The notes beneath the pieces are model-generated. The model saw nothing but the letters and a program-made list of their open reading frames with translations, was not told the origin of the DNA and ran no database searches. DNA of 64,000 nucleotides from Bugula neritina. Taxonomy: Eukaryota > Animalia > Bryozoa. Positions 24,901 through 38,934 of the stretch are shown here, piece by piece; position 1 is the stretch's first letter, and every line of letters starts with the position of its first letter. The DNA is taken from assembly GCA_964035545.1 (NCBI GenBank), contig OZ037766.1:27511673-27575672 (forward strand), given 5' to 3'. The position numbers were made by a program, and so were the translations under genes.

Positions 24901-26313
24901 TGCCGGAAGAGTAGTCACAACAACAATGAGAGTTCTACTGCTGAGCCAATGTTTAATGCACTGGAATTCAAGAGCTGTCAAACTATTAGTATTTTCGAAT
25001 TTTTGATAATTGTTTGGTTTTATCAGTATTTCTGCATGCAGCTACAATTTATGACTTACTGAATGTGTCCATTCAAAAGGAAATTTAGCATACTTTAACC
25101 TTATGTGGCACAATAACACTAATTACCATGACCACTAATTATACTAAAAATATGCCAATACCTTGTTTAAAAGTATTAGGAAATTCCTAAAGACTGTCAC
25201 AGAGCCCTAATAACAGATCTAGGTGAACAAATACCAAAGCACTGGTATACCAATTCATCACTTCCATGCATTTGATACCCAAGCCTGTATAGGCCTATAC
25301 TATGCATGAGTTTATTTATTAGTCAATGTAGCTTTCATTGTTTGAAGTTTTGATATGTTTTTATTTTTAAAGATTCAAACCCTCTACTGCGTTTTTAAAG
25401 TAAAATGAAAAGTACTAAAAGTACGTAATTAGGTCATTTTATCTAATTTTATTAGCACCAGTGCAAATAATCTGATTTAGAAAAAAAATATGACAGTGCG
25501 CTACTTTCAAAGTTTGAGAAATGCATTATTATTGCTATTAGTTTTATTTTCAATGTCTTGAATTTATGCCGAGTTTTAAAAACATGTTACATAATTAATT
25601 TATGGTAAAGTATTTCATAGGCTGCCAAGGATACGTGAATGCTTTTACAGGCATGCACTTTTGATGGTAAAATATTATTGCCTGGGTGGAATTGTTATCA
25701 ATAAGTTGCATAAAATGTATGAAATGATCTATAAATAATTTGTGAAATGTTAATTGAAAATGTGAGCAGTAATGGTAGCTATTGCTGTCACTAGGACAAT
25801 AGGCTAAACCCTTGATGACATGAATTTAATTGCAAGTGTCAATCATATATATCTATATTTTAGAATATTATTCAACTTTTCCATAAAACTTTTGGTGTAT
25901 TTATAGCCTACAAACCAAATTATGCTTATTATTTATTAGTTACAGCTGAATGTTATTACAATAATTCAGCATAAAATATTGACGTATGTAAATGTTTCAA
26001 ATTACTTTATTCTTATTTCGGACTAACAAAAACTTTATCAAAAGTACATAAAATAAAAGAACTAAATTTTTTATTGCAACATTTTCAAGTAATTAATTAC
26101 ATGTTTTAAGGTAATTCAAAAAATGGAGGTAAATAACCTTATTTGTAGCCATATTATTGCACAACAGGCCTGAATAAAAAAATAAATATTATTTATACAC
26201 TAATAACCGCATTTGGTTTGAGTTTGGAAGGACTTGACAGAATAATTAAATATATTTATACAGATATTTACACATTATGAAGTAAAACACCAGTCAATAA
26301 CAGTCGACTGATA

Positions 26314-29300
26314 TTAGTAACAGTAAGTCTTGTCAGTGTTGAAGCTCTGCCAAGTGCTACTATTACTCCTTAAGTACCACTGCCAGTACCGGCAAGCCAT
26401 CTTCTGTCTGTAACCATGTGGATCTGTGCCATACAGACCCGGGGCAGAGTGACTTCGTTTATAAGTAGTCCTTAAAGCCCTGCAGTTACTGCAGTCACCC
26501 GACGCATCGTCGTCGCTCGAGTCTCGCTCACATACTTCACATATCGGGTCACATGACTCGTACCCCTGATCCGCCCACATGGATCGGCTGTCAGAAAAAC
26601 TTTGGCGTTTTCCGAAGGGCACAGATCTGGACTTGAAAAATTTGGGGCGGTTTCGAAATAATCGCTTTGTCTCTTCAGTTTCCTCTTTCCATGTCTTTGC
26701 GGTTTTATTCTGCTTCATTATTTTCGAAATAATGCCAGAAAAAGATAGTCTGCTTTCCATTTTCACCAATTTGTGTGGTTGAGCTGAGTCTAGGCTGAAC
26801 TTTCTGGACAGCAAAGAGAGGCGATCTGCAAAGATATCAAAGGTTAATGTAAATAAAGACAAAGTGTCCATTACTAATGATCTATCATTTGAATGTTAAG
26901 TGGTGGCATAATAGTAAAATGTAAGTTTATAAATTTTTCTTTGGCCAACAGAGAAAATCTTTCGAGATGGCAAGTTATAGTGCTGTGTTTACTGCAGCTG
27001 ATTATAATATGATGTGGTATAAAATCTTCTTTGACAGTCAGTTGATGTGCTTAGCATTAAAAGAGTATTAATAATAAGTTCCAATGTGTTCGGTTGCTCT
27101 TTAGATTCTAATTTATGTATTCATACCATTCACCAAACTCTTACCAAGTTATTACAGTTATTGGGTCAACCCCATTCTCTACTCACTGAGCAAATCTGAT
27201 TATTAATATTCCTCATTTCATAGCTGTATCTGTGGTTTGTCGGTAAGCATATTAATAAAACATTATTCTTTACGAACACTTGAAAATTGGAACTGGTACC
27301 ACACAGAAATAAAGGATCAAATGAAACAGAAGTTGCAAAATGAGAATATAATTAGTGAAAGTTTGAACACTTCTCTCAATAATATGCCAAGCCTAGCAGT
27401 TATTTGCATACAGTTTAATTACCCCGGAGTATGTTTGGCTGGTGCAATGTGGTAATAATATAACATTTAGTGTAATTTTATAATATCACCTACTGATAAA
27501 CTGCCAAATAAATACATACTATATAACATCACTCGGCATAGTGGTTATGGCTACAGCACAATATGGAAAGGGTGGTGCACATATTTTAATAAAAATGACA
27601 TTAAAGTGTATAATTTTACACTGGCTGTCTCTGGGGGCAACGCCGATGCACCATCTGGTGCCATGACAGGTCACATGACAGGTCAGATTACTATGTAGGT
27701 CACATGACAGGTCAGATTACTATGTAGGTCACATGACAGGTCAAATTACTATGTAGGTCACATGACAGGTCAGATTACTATGTAGGTCACATGACAGGTC
27801 AGATTACTATGTAGACAAATTATCTTTATGGTGCAGCCAAAAAGGGTGAAAAGAGGGTTCACATTTATGCAAACAATTATAGGAAACAAAAACATCGAAG
27901 CAAATTAAACCATTCATATTTATTCAGTCTATTTAGATATCTCAAAAGAAAAGACGACTTCTAACAGGTTTTGCAAACTGAAATTGTTAGTGGGAGTATG
28001 CTTTGTTTTGTTAATCTATTAAAAACAAGGTGCCACCCTGTACCTGCATCTATAATGGGTTGAATTATGCAGTTGCCCAGGATGCTATGTCTAAATAGTT
28101 GAATTTATCAAAGACAATATATTTTTGTTATTGGTCTTTGCTCATGCAAATCTAAATGAAATGTAGATTAGAACCATGAAGGTGTTTCAGACAACCACAA
28201 GTTGCACTTGTCTAAAGTGTGGCAATAACTTCATCATTTCATGACTAAAACTCTGAAACAATGATTAGCAAACAAAGTAGGAAATTACCTCCAGTAGCAG
28301 AGTCCTCACTCATCTCTGTAATTGCCGGAAGATGCTCTCCAGAGTGTATCTCGGGATAGCTGTGAGTTAGAGGTAGTTCTCCTGAACCTTTCCGTCTACC
28401 CATTTTCTCTGTCTGCTTCAGCAACGAGTCTGGCTTACGATCAAAAAAGTTCTTCAGCTGTTCTGTAAAATTAGACGTGAATTGTGCAATAGCAGTGGAA
28501 GTAGTAAGATCAGTAAGCTATCAACCTCATTGCTACTTGATATGTTCTAAAAACTGTCAACATTCACTCAAGTAATTACAGAACAGGTTAGAGCTGGTGT
28601 AGCACAAGATTGCTGCCAAGTATTGTGTCATATGACTTTGGAAAGGGGAACAGATTGTTACAATTTGTGAGGATTGCAAAGGTTACTTTTGAATCAGGCA
28701 AAAAGATTCAAGTTTCGATTCTCTTGCCAAGTTTTCCCGGCATTAATCAGAAAAATTGCGAAGTCTTAAAGTAAAATGGGTGTGGTGAAATTAACAGACA
28801 AATCTTATAATTCTCTCTGCTACATCTAATTATTGCAACTATTTTTTGAAAATATGAAAGAGTTACTCTTAAGTTATAACCATCAAAGTAAATAAATGCA
28901 GTTTGATTAGAACATTCCGAGAATTAATAAAGCATTTAGATATATTTGCAGTTAATCTCTAATCTCTACGCTTAATGTTGCAATCATGTTTTATTTCTAA
29001 GCCAACTTAGAGAAGTTGCTGATTCAAAAGTAGAGAGAGTGTAGGATAATAATCAGCTCTAGTTTCCATGATATTAGAAGATAATAAATTATACAGAAAG
29101 AAGATAGTTTGTTCTTGAAGAATGCAATAAATCTCTTAACAAGCTACAGGTTAATTTTTGACATCATATCTGGAAATAAGCTCAAAGAAAAATGATCAAA
29201 CAGCTATCTTGATAATCAGACAAACCTAAGCTTTTACAAAGAGCAACCAAATCAAGTAACAGCATACTGGCAGCAGAAGCAGCAATAATCGCCCAGTCAC

Positions 29301-32300
29301 CTGATTGCTATCCTGTACTAAAACTTAAAAGGCTTTTTATAAGGCCCACTATAACTTACTGTTGAGCCCGCATCCCAAACCCATAGCCTTAATCCTTTGT
29401 CGAAGAAAAAAATTAATTATTGAGAGAAAATTAGTCCAACCTCTCCTCAGCAAGAATGAAAGTATTGTGAAAGAGTTTAAACAATTACTTTCACATCAAA
29501 TTGATTCCGCCTATCTTGGACACCGACAATTTTATACGCTTGAATAATTGATTTTTATATATCTGGGCTGTTCGCGAAATTATATTCATCCCTGGTTTGA
29601 AAATTCAAATCGGAACTCATTACAAATTCATCATCTGCTTAAAATAGTGTAATCATTAGGTAAGGAATTCTGCCTTTGGAAGAACAAATTAATTGGATAA
29701 GATTGGATAATTATAGTTCAGATAAAAAGTAGCGTCTTAGGAATGTTACCACGGTAACTGAGAAACACTACCACTACTCTACATGTAATTGTATTGGATA
29801 CGGAAAGCCCATTTTCAGCCAATTTCTGCAAGCTAATTGGGAAGACCAAAATATTTCTGAAACTATCAACATTCCCAGAAATTCTGATAGCTTTCTGGTT
29901 AACTAATGACTTGTCTAGTACAGCTTAGAGTTGTAAAGAATTTCACAACATTCTGAATAATTTAGTCGTATGTTGTTTACAGAACATCTACAGCAACAAT
30001 GACACACACTAGTTTCAAAGTACTGGCAGTCTTAGTAGTTAGTACTTTGACAGTCACAATACAGAGTACACCATGACAGTCACAGTACATAGTATACTGT
30101 CAGTACAGATCACCAACTCTGACTACTGACACCTGCTAACAAGTGTTAAATTCAGAGCATTATACTAAGTGGCAACAGGCATTTAACCTTTCATCCCATT
30201 TTTGAAAAACCCCAAGTATACTCTTTTGGGTAAAGTTATTGAATGCTTTAAAACTTTTATAACACACTTTTAGTGCAATGAACTTTGGATGCAGTAATTA
30301 CATTAAAACACTTTTTGAAGTTGGTTAGCTAAAGGCATAAATGAAACAATGTTACGATAATCAAGATTATAATCATTTTTCCAAAACACACTAACATGAG
30401 TTTTATCTGAAACGCCTGGAAACGTTAGGTTGCAAGCTTGATATCTCTATTTGGTAATATAACAACTTGATATTGAAATAGAGTGGTAAAGTTTGTATAT
30501 AAATAAATGCTTTGAATTACTGAAAATTAGTACAACAGAGCAATGAAGTAATAACTAATGAGTATAGCCATGAGCTTTGTCATATTGGTTACTGCTAAAA
30601 GAATTAAATTCACATTTTGTCTGCTCCTCATTTTATAAACTGTTTAAAAGACTTTGCTGGAAGCTTTTTTTAATTGTTAAAAGTTTAATAGAGTTCAATA
30701 TTCAAATGTGGGTGGAATTTTTAAAGAGGTATTTTAGTTTTTCACTTGTTATTTCCTAATTAACTGGCTGCCAACATGACAGCTCTGCCTAACTTCTAAC
30801 TAATTGTTGATTAAACTATTGTTGACTTTGTATGCTGCTTACTGCAGGCATGAACACAACCAAGAACCTAGTCCTATAGCTACACTTTATGGTAATTTTT
30901 TTATTTTCATGACATCTGCATTAGTAGCGTAAGCTGTTGGTGATGTCAGTACTAAATGCTTTTACTTTGAAATGAAAATTTGCTGTAGTTATGCAATGTG
31001 GCAGTTATTGCAAGTGCTGGGATAAACAAGTAGGAATAACAGAGATAGGAAGCCTTCAGCTGATTACTTGAAGGATTCCTGGGAATGTAGTTTATAAGTT
31101 GGCACAACTCAATTTTCATTCAGTATTATTCAACTAGCGGAGGCCAACTTAACAAAAAAAACCTAAGAGTTGCCTAGGTGACTGGGTGCCATGAAGACGT
31201 ACTGATACCAATTCACGCAGCCAAATTATTTTCTATGAATAATTGAAAATACACTCTCAGTAAATGGATTTACTTCTGCGGTGTACAGCAGTAGATCTTG
31301 TGTGTAAAACCAAGAATCTCGGTCATCAATGGACCCGGTGAATGCGATGAGTCGAAATGATTGAAAGCTGGAAGTTGAGTGCCACACCTCGAGTAGATAC
31401 TTGCATTAATTAGTTTTTAAGTGTCTCATAAATGTTACAGTCTAGAATTCTAATTAATGACATGATAACATTAGAATAATTATATTTCATTCACTTGGCT
31501 GCTACAAACTAATTAGTAATTAGTTTTTTAATATAAACCTAAAGTTAAAGTTAGAAGCGGTTAGCTTACCCACTGCCAGTCAACCTATCCAACTCCGAGT
31601 AAAGGTCCAAATCACACTAAAATTTTACCTAACGAAATCAAACTCAGGTTTTGTAAAGGCAGGTTTTACTTTCTTTCTCTCCAGAGCATTTGTGATTTCT
31701 ACTACCCTAAATGGTAGCTAAATAGTAAATACGAGTTTTGTCAGATTAGCGTGATAATACATAATTTGCTTCGAAGCCAAACATCACACCAAACAGACAC
31801 GCCCCCTGCTCACATAAATTTTATCTACAACTGAAATCACTGGAGCGTAACTCCTACGTACAACACGGAGAATTCTGTTGATGGCTGGGTGATAGAATAA
31901 GATGGGTATGAATCATATTTTTCTTCTTAGCCAAACTGGGTCTTTTGATTACTAGTTTTTCAGTATTGAGATGAGGAAAGGGACTAACTATTCTAACCTT
32001 CTGAATAATGAGAAGGTTATTTCAAGTCAAAGCCAAGAACATAACATGAAATATGGAAATGAGACCAGCAGCCATATATTATCCAGTTGCTGCGATTAGC
32101 ATTATTACCTTGCAAGCCGATACAAAACACTGTTAGAAGTCTGCAATGTTTGAATTACAGATTCATAGAATTCATATAATTTCTGCATTATAATAAATAT
32201 TCCATTTATTAATAAACACTGATGTTTGTTTTTTGCATGTAGTTATGCAACAACTACTTAACCATTCACCTATGAGTATTCAATCAGCCTTGTGAAACTG

Positions 32301-34410
32301 GCAAAATATTTCTTTGGATTGTTAGAAGGTCATTAGCAGCTATTTTAAATGCAATAGCATGCTTTGCCAGTGACATTGTAATGGCCTTGGAAAGCACAGC
32401 CACTATTCAATGAACAGTCTGCTAAGATCAGTTAGGAAGAAGAAAAGTACTTATGTACTAAACTGCCAATAAGTGAAATATCTCAAGCTATAATCAACCA
32501 CAGTAAACACATGGGCTGATTTCAATAGACTATAAATTCAATGTTATAATAGCATGTTGTATTAATATGGAGGTCTGCCCAGTATACCTTCTCCAGGAAG
32601 GAGGTGGTTTGACTCTATAGTCTATAAATTATCTATTCTGTGTTCTAGTATTCTATTTTGAATGTCTAAAAACTAAAAAAAAGTAAAATTCTATAACTAG
32701 ATAGACTTAGTCTATAATCATAGGTTGGCTACTGATTTAATTACATCTACTTTTTATGAGTATTCAGTTTGCCAATGGGGTGACAACTCCAAGTTCTGCT
32801 ACACATTCACTTTTAATCAGTATACTATGATAGTAATTAGAAATACATTTAGCTGTAATTAATTTACTGTTACAATGTTGCGTTTTAAGTTATTAATATA
32901 CAACTGGCTACGTCAAATCTGTAAATAGCTGCTCATTGTAACTTTTTACAGAGCAAGATATATCAATGAAGACTCACTTATAAAACAGTGTACAGCATAG
33001 AATACATATCAGATAATTATTAATAACTATGCTCCACTGTTATAGTGTTAACAGTAACATATTGATATCAGTTTCATAAGATGCACTAACATCAAGTACA
33101 AGGTCTAATTTATTCCTTAGCTCTACTCCACCCAAAAAAGAGGACAGATAAAAATAGACTTTCTTTACTTCTACAAAGTTTCAGGTGTTAAAAAAGTGAT
33201 GCAATACTTGTTTGTGTTCCTAACCAGGCAATTATACATTGTTGGGGGAGTAGATTGACACCACCTCCATAATCTTATCTTTCAGTTGACATGATTTTGA
33301 CTATTTGGCTGATATTCAGTTTAGATGCTAATGATTAAGGTTACATCACAGCCTAAATAGTTCCAGACTTGGAAATTTACATATTATAATGGCTAAAGCC
33401 ACTTCAACTTTCAGACCCAAAGCAACTTCATGTTAGCTAATTATCCTAAGCATGCATGTGTACTATATTTTAGCCCCTGTACTAATTGCTGTTAGCAAAG
33501 GCTTGTTTGGGGCTATAAACAATAGCTGTCATCATATCAAAGGTTATTACATGATGATGAAAGAAAACTATGCATGTTCCTTAGCCTTGGCAAATAGCCT
33601 GCTATAAGAAACCTGTGCTATTGATGGCTATATTTTCCAAAATTGGCTACGAGGGCGAATTAACTAATCTTAATTTGCATTTCTGCATATCTAAGGACAT
33701 GACTCAGGCAGGCCCATAGTCCATACACCCGTTAGCATATTCTAAACTGCATATGCAACTCAAGAATGTTTGTAACTTGAGCAAAAGATTTGTGAATTTA
33801 TATATAGATACCATATTCCTGGTAAAGTGTACAAGTGTTCATATAGCAATCTATTATCTTCACAAATGAATATAAGATGATGTTTATATTGCGGTAAGTA
33901 TATACCAGTTTCTAATGTAACTATCTATTGTTACATAACTAGTTGATTACACAGAAATAGCATTTTAGCATTTTGCCCAGACCTATCTATATTAGTAACT
34001 CATCACTCTAATGGTTACGAAATCTCTTATACTATGTCTAAACGTCTATGTCTATATGTCTATATTTTCTATTGAATGTGGCAGCTTTATGCAGGCTATT
34101 TTCAATTACTTGTTGAAAGAAAAAATATTTGCCTATCAATTTGTTTATAGCATAGCATTTTATTTATTGATGTAAAACTTATATTGAAAACAAACAATTT
34201 TGTATACTGTAATACAACAATCACGGCTTGCAACGCAATGCAAAGTTAAAGTGTCCAACAGGTTTTTTCTCTGTTATGACCGTAGTAAGAACCTTATAAA
34301 AGTTTTACATCAAAAAATGCTTTTTTTAAACAATTAATATTTACAGTGAATAAAGGTCAGGTGGCATATAAACGAACGGTAAACTGTATTAACTCACCTA
34401 AATAGTCCAT
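26314..34410 (-). CDS. Uncharacterised 232-aa Ser/Arg/Lys-rich protein (3 coding exons)
   Basis: Exons 34410-34398 (ATG GAC TAT TTA G|GTGAGT), 28462-28289 (QLKNFFDRKPDSLL...SEDSATG, phase 1/1) and 26825-26314 (RLSLLSRKFS...DKTYCY*); total 699 nt with an open frame. Exons are GC-richer than flanks. TATA-like TTATATAA at 34591-34598 upstream. No homolog recognised. Confidence 0.75.
27662..27814. repeat. 29-bp minisatellite x5 (AGGTCACATGACAGGTCAGATTACTATGT)
   Basis: Units start at 27668, 27697, 27726, 27755 and 27784; one substitution in unit 3. Lies in intron 2 of the orphan gene. Confidence 0.95.
29745..29758. promoter_or_regulatory. RFX X-box GTTACCACGGTAAC
   Basis: 14-bp near-palindromic X-box; reverse CCAAT motifs (ATTGG at ~29692, ~29702, ~29793) nearby. 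Confidence 0.4.
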
Positions 34411-36197
34411 TGTATTTACAGCCGAGTGATAGAAGGATGGAGAAATAGATCTGACACAGAATACGTTTGACTGCTAAATGCAAGAGTTTCAATATTTACG
34501 CAGTGAATGACCCTTACCACGTTCACAGCACATGAGCAGCAGATGCTTCCTGTGAGGATATACATTGACTCTTGATGCTCAAAGTACTGGTTATATAAGG
34601 ATGTGAGGTTTTCCTACTCTTAGACTGATGTCTTTCTATAACAATTTGAGTGTTTTGTTTACAAACTTCCAATCTATTCTCAGCAATTTAAGGTTATATC
34701 AATATTACTTCTAATATCCTTCTTTTAGATTGACATGATATAAATAATGACATAGCTGCAAAGTGCACACCTTATAGTTTAGTCATGCACAGCCATCATG
34801 ATTTAGGTTCATAGTTTAAATAGAGTTGCTTTGTTCAAAAACAATTTTCTTATTAGAAATATTCCTAGTATTTGTATTTTAATCAGTTGTGTAGCTTTAA
34901 GAAGCATGAAGAAAAAGAGCATTGATCTAGTGCTACAGCAAAAGAGGAGTGACCACTGACCCCCTCCTTTTCAAGAACGTGGTATGCAAGCAAATCTGAG
35001 GCTATACTTTTGTCAGCCATATGGACTGGCTATCAAATGAAACAATTTTGCACCGTTGCAAAAACTGGCCTTGCCATATAAAACACATTATTATATATAA
35101 CTCTATATATATTGTTCAGTGACTTTTACTTATTGTTTCCAAATAAACTTTAAATTTTCAGAATCATTTTTTCAGATAATTGTGTCAATTCAAGTTCATA
35201 TAAAAATAAAATTAATTTCAAGCTAGCTGTCTGTCTCGTTGTCATACAGAGACGGCAGCAAAAAGTAAAACACTGCAATAGTGATTTGCAACAAAATTCT
35301 AAATATAACTTCAATTATCCAAAACTTTCAAATGCATAATTAATTCTGCATGCAGCCAGGTTTAACTGAAGCACATTTTTATCAGGTCACATTGTGTAAT
35401 GCTAAATGCTCATGTGATATAACAACATGCAATTTTAGACATGGCAACTACTTTGCATATGCTATGCATGCAGGCTGCTCGCGGCAATGTTGGCGTGCAA
35501 ATACTAGCCTACAGTTTATACCAAATGCCAAAAATTGAGGGTTACAGTTTATGTCTACTGCATTAACAACTATAATATATATACTGGAATGACAATTGTT
35601 TGTCATGGTTCCAACAGTGGCTTGTTGTATCTAGAAGAATAAAGATTTATAAAATCTATATGACCATTATGCAAACAATGCAGAGAATGCATTGGTGTGT
35701 ATCTGAAAATACAGAGATGTGAGCAAAAGAAGCTGTTTGACAAAGTATATGCATGGCCATAATAGAGCAAAACTCGCCTGAAATTACCTGCTTTAAAAAT
35801 GAAGCAGTCATACTTAAAAATGGAAAACCAAACTCATTTTAATACAACAAGTAGCCTCCATAATGGAAAGAATTGCCAAGTATAGGGATGGTTCGGAAGC
35901 TGGCACTATTGTTTACGCCTGGACACATCCCAGTGGTGTGAGAACATAACACCACATCCTTATTTTTAGATATAAACTATTTTTATAACTTACTTGACAC
36001 ATTATGTAATGTTTTGACAAACAAAATAGTGTCACCAGTCAACCAACAAAAACCTGGAGAAGCAGTAAAAAACGACATTAGCCCATTAGTGTTATGGCCT
36101 TATCAGAGAGGGCTGTTTAAAGCACTATGCATGCATTAGGGTGCATTTCCAATTCTGAGTCCCTTACAGCTATTGGTTACATAGGCGGTGCAACAAG

Positions 36198-36361
36198 CAC
36201 AGCACACAACACAATACACACACACACACACAACATACACAACACAACATACACAACACAACACACAACACAACACACAACACAACACACAACACAACAC
36301 ACAACACAACACACAACACAACACACAACACAACACACAACACAACACACAACACAACACA
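36198..36361. repeat. (ACACAACACAAC)n-type microsatellite
   Basis: Directly visible; source of the spurious QHTT/VLCC ORFs. Confidence 0.95.
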
Positions 36362-38934
36362 TTGTATATTGTATTTATGCTCAATATTTGGCAAAAAGTA
36401 TAAATAAGTAATGATATCTATATAAAGCAAACAGGGTAGAAATCATAATGCCTTCCTTGAATATAATGCCTGCAGCGCACAACTGGGCCAATTGAGCTAA
36501 TGGTTTTAATGTCACCTTTTACCCAAGTCAAAGCTTATTTTACCCATAGACTATACACAATTTGCTATGAGAACACTTAGTGGCTTTTTTTGCAGAATCA
36601 GTAAACCATGTGAAATTGTCACTTTTTTACTAATAACCAACTTTTAAGGCTATTAGTCAGCTAATCACTCACACTGCAGTGACATGCAGACCCATTCAGC
36701 TGATAGGTGTTTGTGTGTAAAGATTACCTTTTTTGCAACATTGAAACAAATTATTAACAGCTTGGTATGCTCTACAACTTTTAAGACTTGTTTCTAAACA
36801 TTTCACTTTTTATGCTGCAAAGATTTCAAGCTCAGCTACAACAGCTATAGTCTATAAACTTATTATATAACCTCTATCTGCATGTTTTGTATAACCCCCC
36901 TCCCCCTTGCCCATCTTCTTTTTAATATCAGTTAAAAGTTTGGGAGGGCAAATAAGCTACGCCTTGTTACTTTGTTGAATGTATGCAACTTTGTATATTA
37001 AATTCTTTTGTCACAGCCTTGCACGAGGGTGTGTTCAAAATAACAGTTTCGTGTAACCATTGGTGAATGTCACGGTATTCTCAAAGCACCACGCTATTCA
37101 ATGTTCCTCTACCACAAACAGATAATCAAGGCTGTTCAATAATGAAATCACGTGATTTCTAGATTTCTAACTAACATGCGCACAGTTTGCACATTAACGC
37201 TTGTCATATACTCAGCATAATTAATTTGCTACAGAAGTTTCTATTCAACTTAACAACCTGGGTACAATTCTAGCAAACGTGATCATCTAAAGATTGCTCA
37301 GTATAAAAGGTTGACCAACTCAACTTGCAGCTCAAAAGTTTAAACTTATTTGTGACTTTCCTCTTAGTTCAAGCTATTAACAGTAAATTTTCATCAGAAA
37401 ATACTGTTCAATGAATTCAAGGTTGGAGACAGAAAGTAAAATTGTGTCCTTGTTAGCAGGTTATCATAGTGTCAACACTAATCCATGACCAGCACTCTGT
37501 AAAAACATATAAAATATTCCTCGATGTATTAATAGCCTGCAGGGGAGAGTTTTTGCTAGTGAAAAGTTCAAGCTGAGTTTTGCAAGAGCCACATAAATCA
37601 TTCAACACTCTAATACCACCATTCTGCAGGCAGAATAATTAAATTCGCAGCTGATTTTCAACAATTCACTCTGACAAGAAAATTATATGGTCTATTAAAT
37701 TGTGAAATATTGTAGCTATATATGACACAGTTTCCTTAGCTACATCAATTGATATAGAATGGGGGTAATGTGATTAACAGCAAAGCACCTGAATCTGATA
37801 ATGGCCTTATCTTGTTGCAAGTCTGCCTCTAAATAGACGACATGGCCATTTATGTATGAAGACACATGACAAGGTTGTTTAAATGTCACTGTTATTAAAA
37901 TGCATTAAAGTTGTAAGAACTCTATGCATTTTGTGCATTCTCACAGCGACTGTGTTATGATGCAGTGCAAAACTTTCACACAGGTTGTGCTCAGACTAAG
38001 GAGGATGAAACCCAGCTCAATACAGTGTACATGTAAAATCAAAATATTTCGATCAATCCTGTTTAATTTGGTCACCTTACACAACACCGTTCATCTATCA
38101 GAGAGCATAACTCCCAGCTTTCTTATGAACATAGTAATTATCTTTGTAATATAATAATAAAGTTGTGACAACTGATATGACTGCATAATATTATAACATT
38201 ATTCTAATCATACATCTCATCAGAGTAAATAAATTCTTCATAGCATGTCAAATGTAACCAAAGATGTGTAGTTTTTGTCTCGTCTCACACTGCAATATCA
38301 GCATAGATCTATTTTAAAAATAGCAGTATATTTTCTTATTGAATTTTGATGTTTTTATTATACAAAGCTATATACAGCGGAATGCAAAACGAAAGAATAT
38401 AACAATTAATTGTCATTTTCATAGATATGACCCTTATAAACATGGTGTAGACACATGAGCAATATAGATACATTTCTGTAACCTAAGAATGTACTGTCAC
38501 TTTTAGCTCTTTCTATTAGACTGCTCAGTCTACCATTGCGTTCATGAAGATAATATAATATAGGTTCAATATCTTGATATAATAAAATAGTATTTTGGTC
38601 TGAAATCACAGTACAGCTGGTAAAAAGTTTTTGTTAAATAAGGTAGTAATAATTGAGCATGCTAATATGTTATTAATAGTTTAGGGCAATAATCTAGCAT
38701 TAGAAAATATAAACACAAAAATATATTTATAAAACTTTATGTACCTATATAGTTTCTATTATAGAATAAGCATCTCTCTTCAAATTTTATAAATTAAAAA
38801 TATATATTGTGAAGTTGTTATGCTGTAAAATTTAAAGAATTTATATTTAGTTCACAGCTTTCTACAAATGTTCTTTGTAGAAATAAATGGATTTGTAGTA
38901 ATAATGTTTATGTATTAAGGTTGGTCACAGATTC

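Noticed and set aside
27662-27814. Possible CRISPR-like array (also 7813-7979)
   Set aside because: Units are head-to-tail with no unique spacers, the context is eukaryotic introns, and there are no cas genes.
36127-36430. QHTT / VLCC repeat ORFs resembling Cys-rich proteins
   Set aside because: Translation of an (ACACAACACAAC)n microsatellite on both strands.
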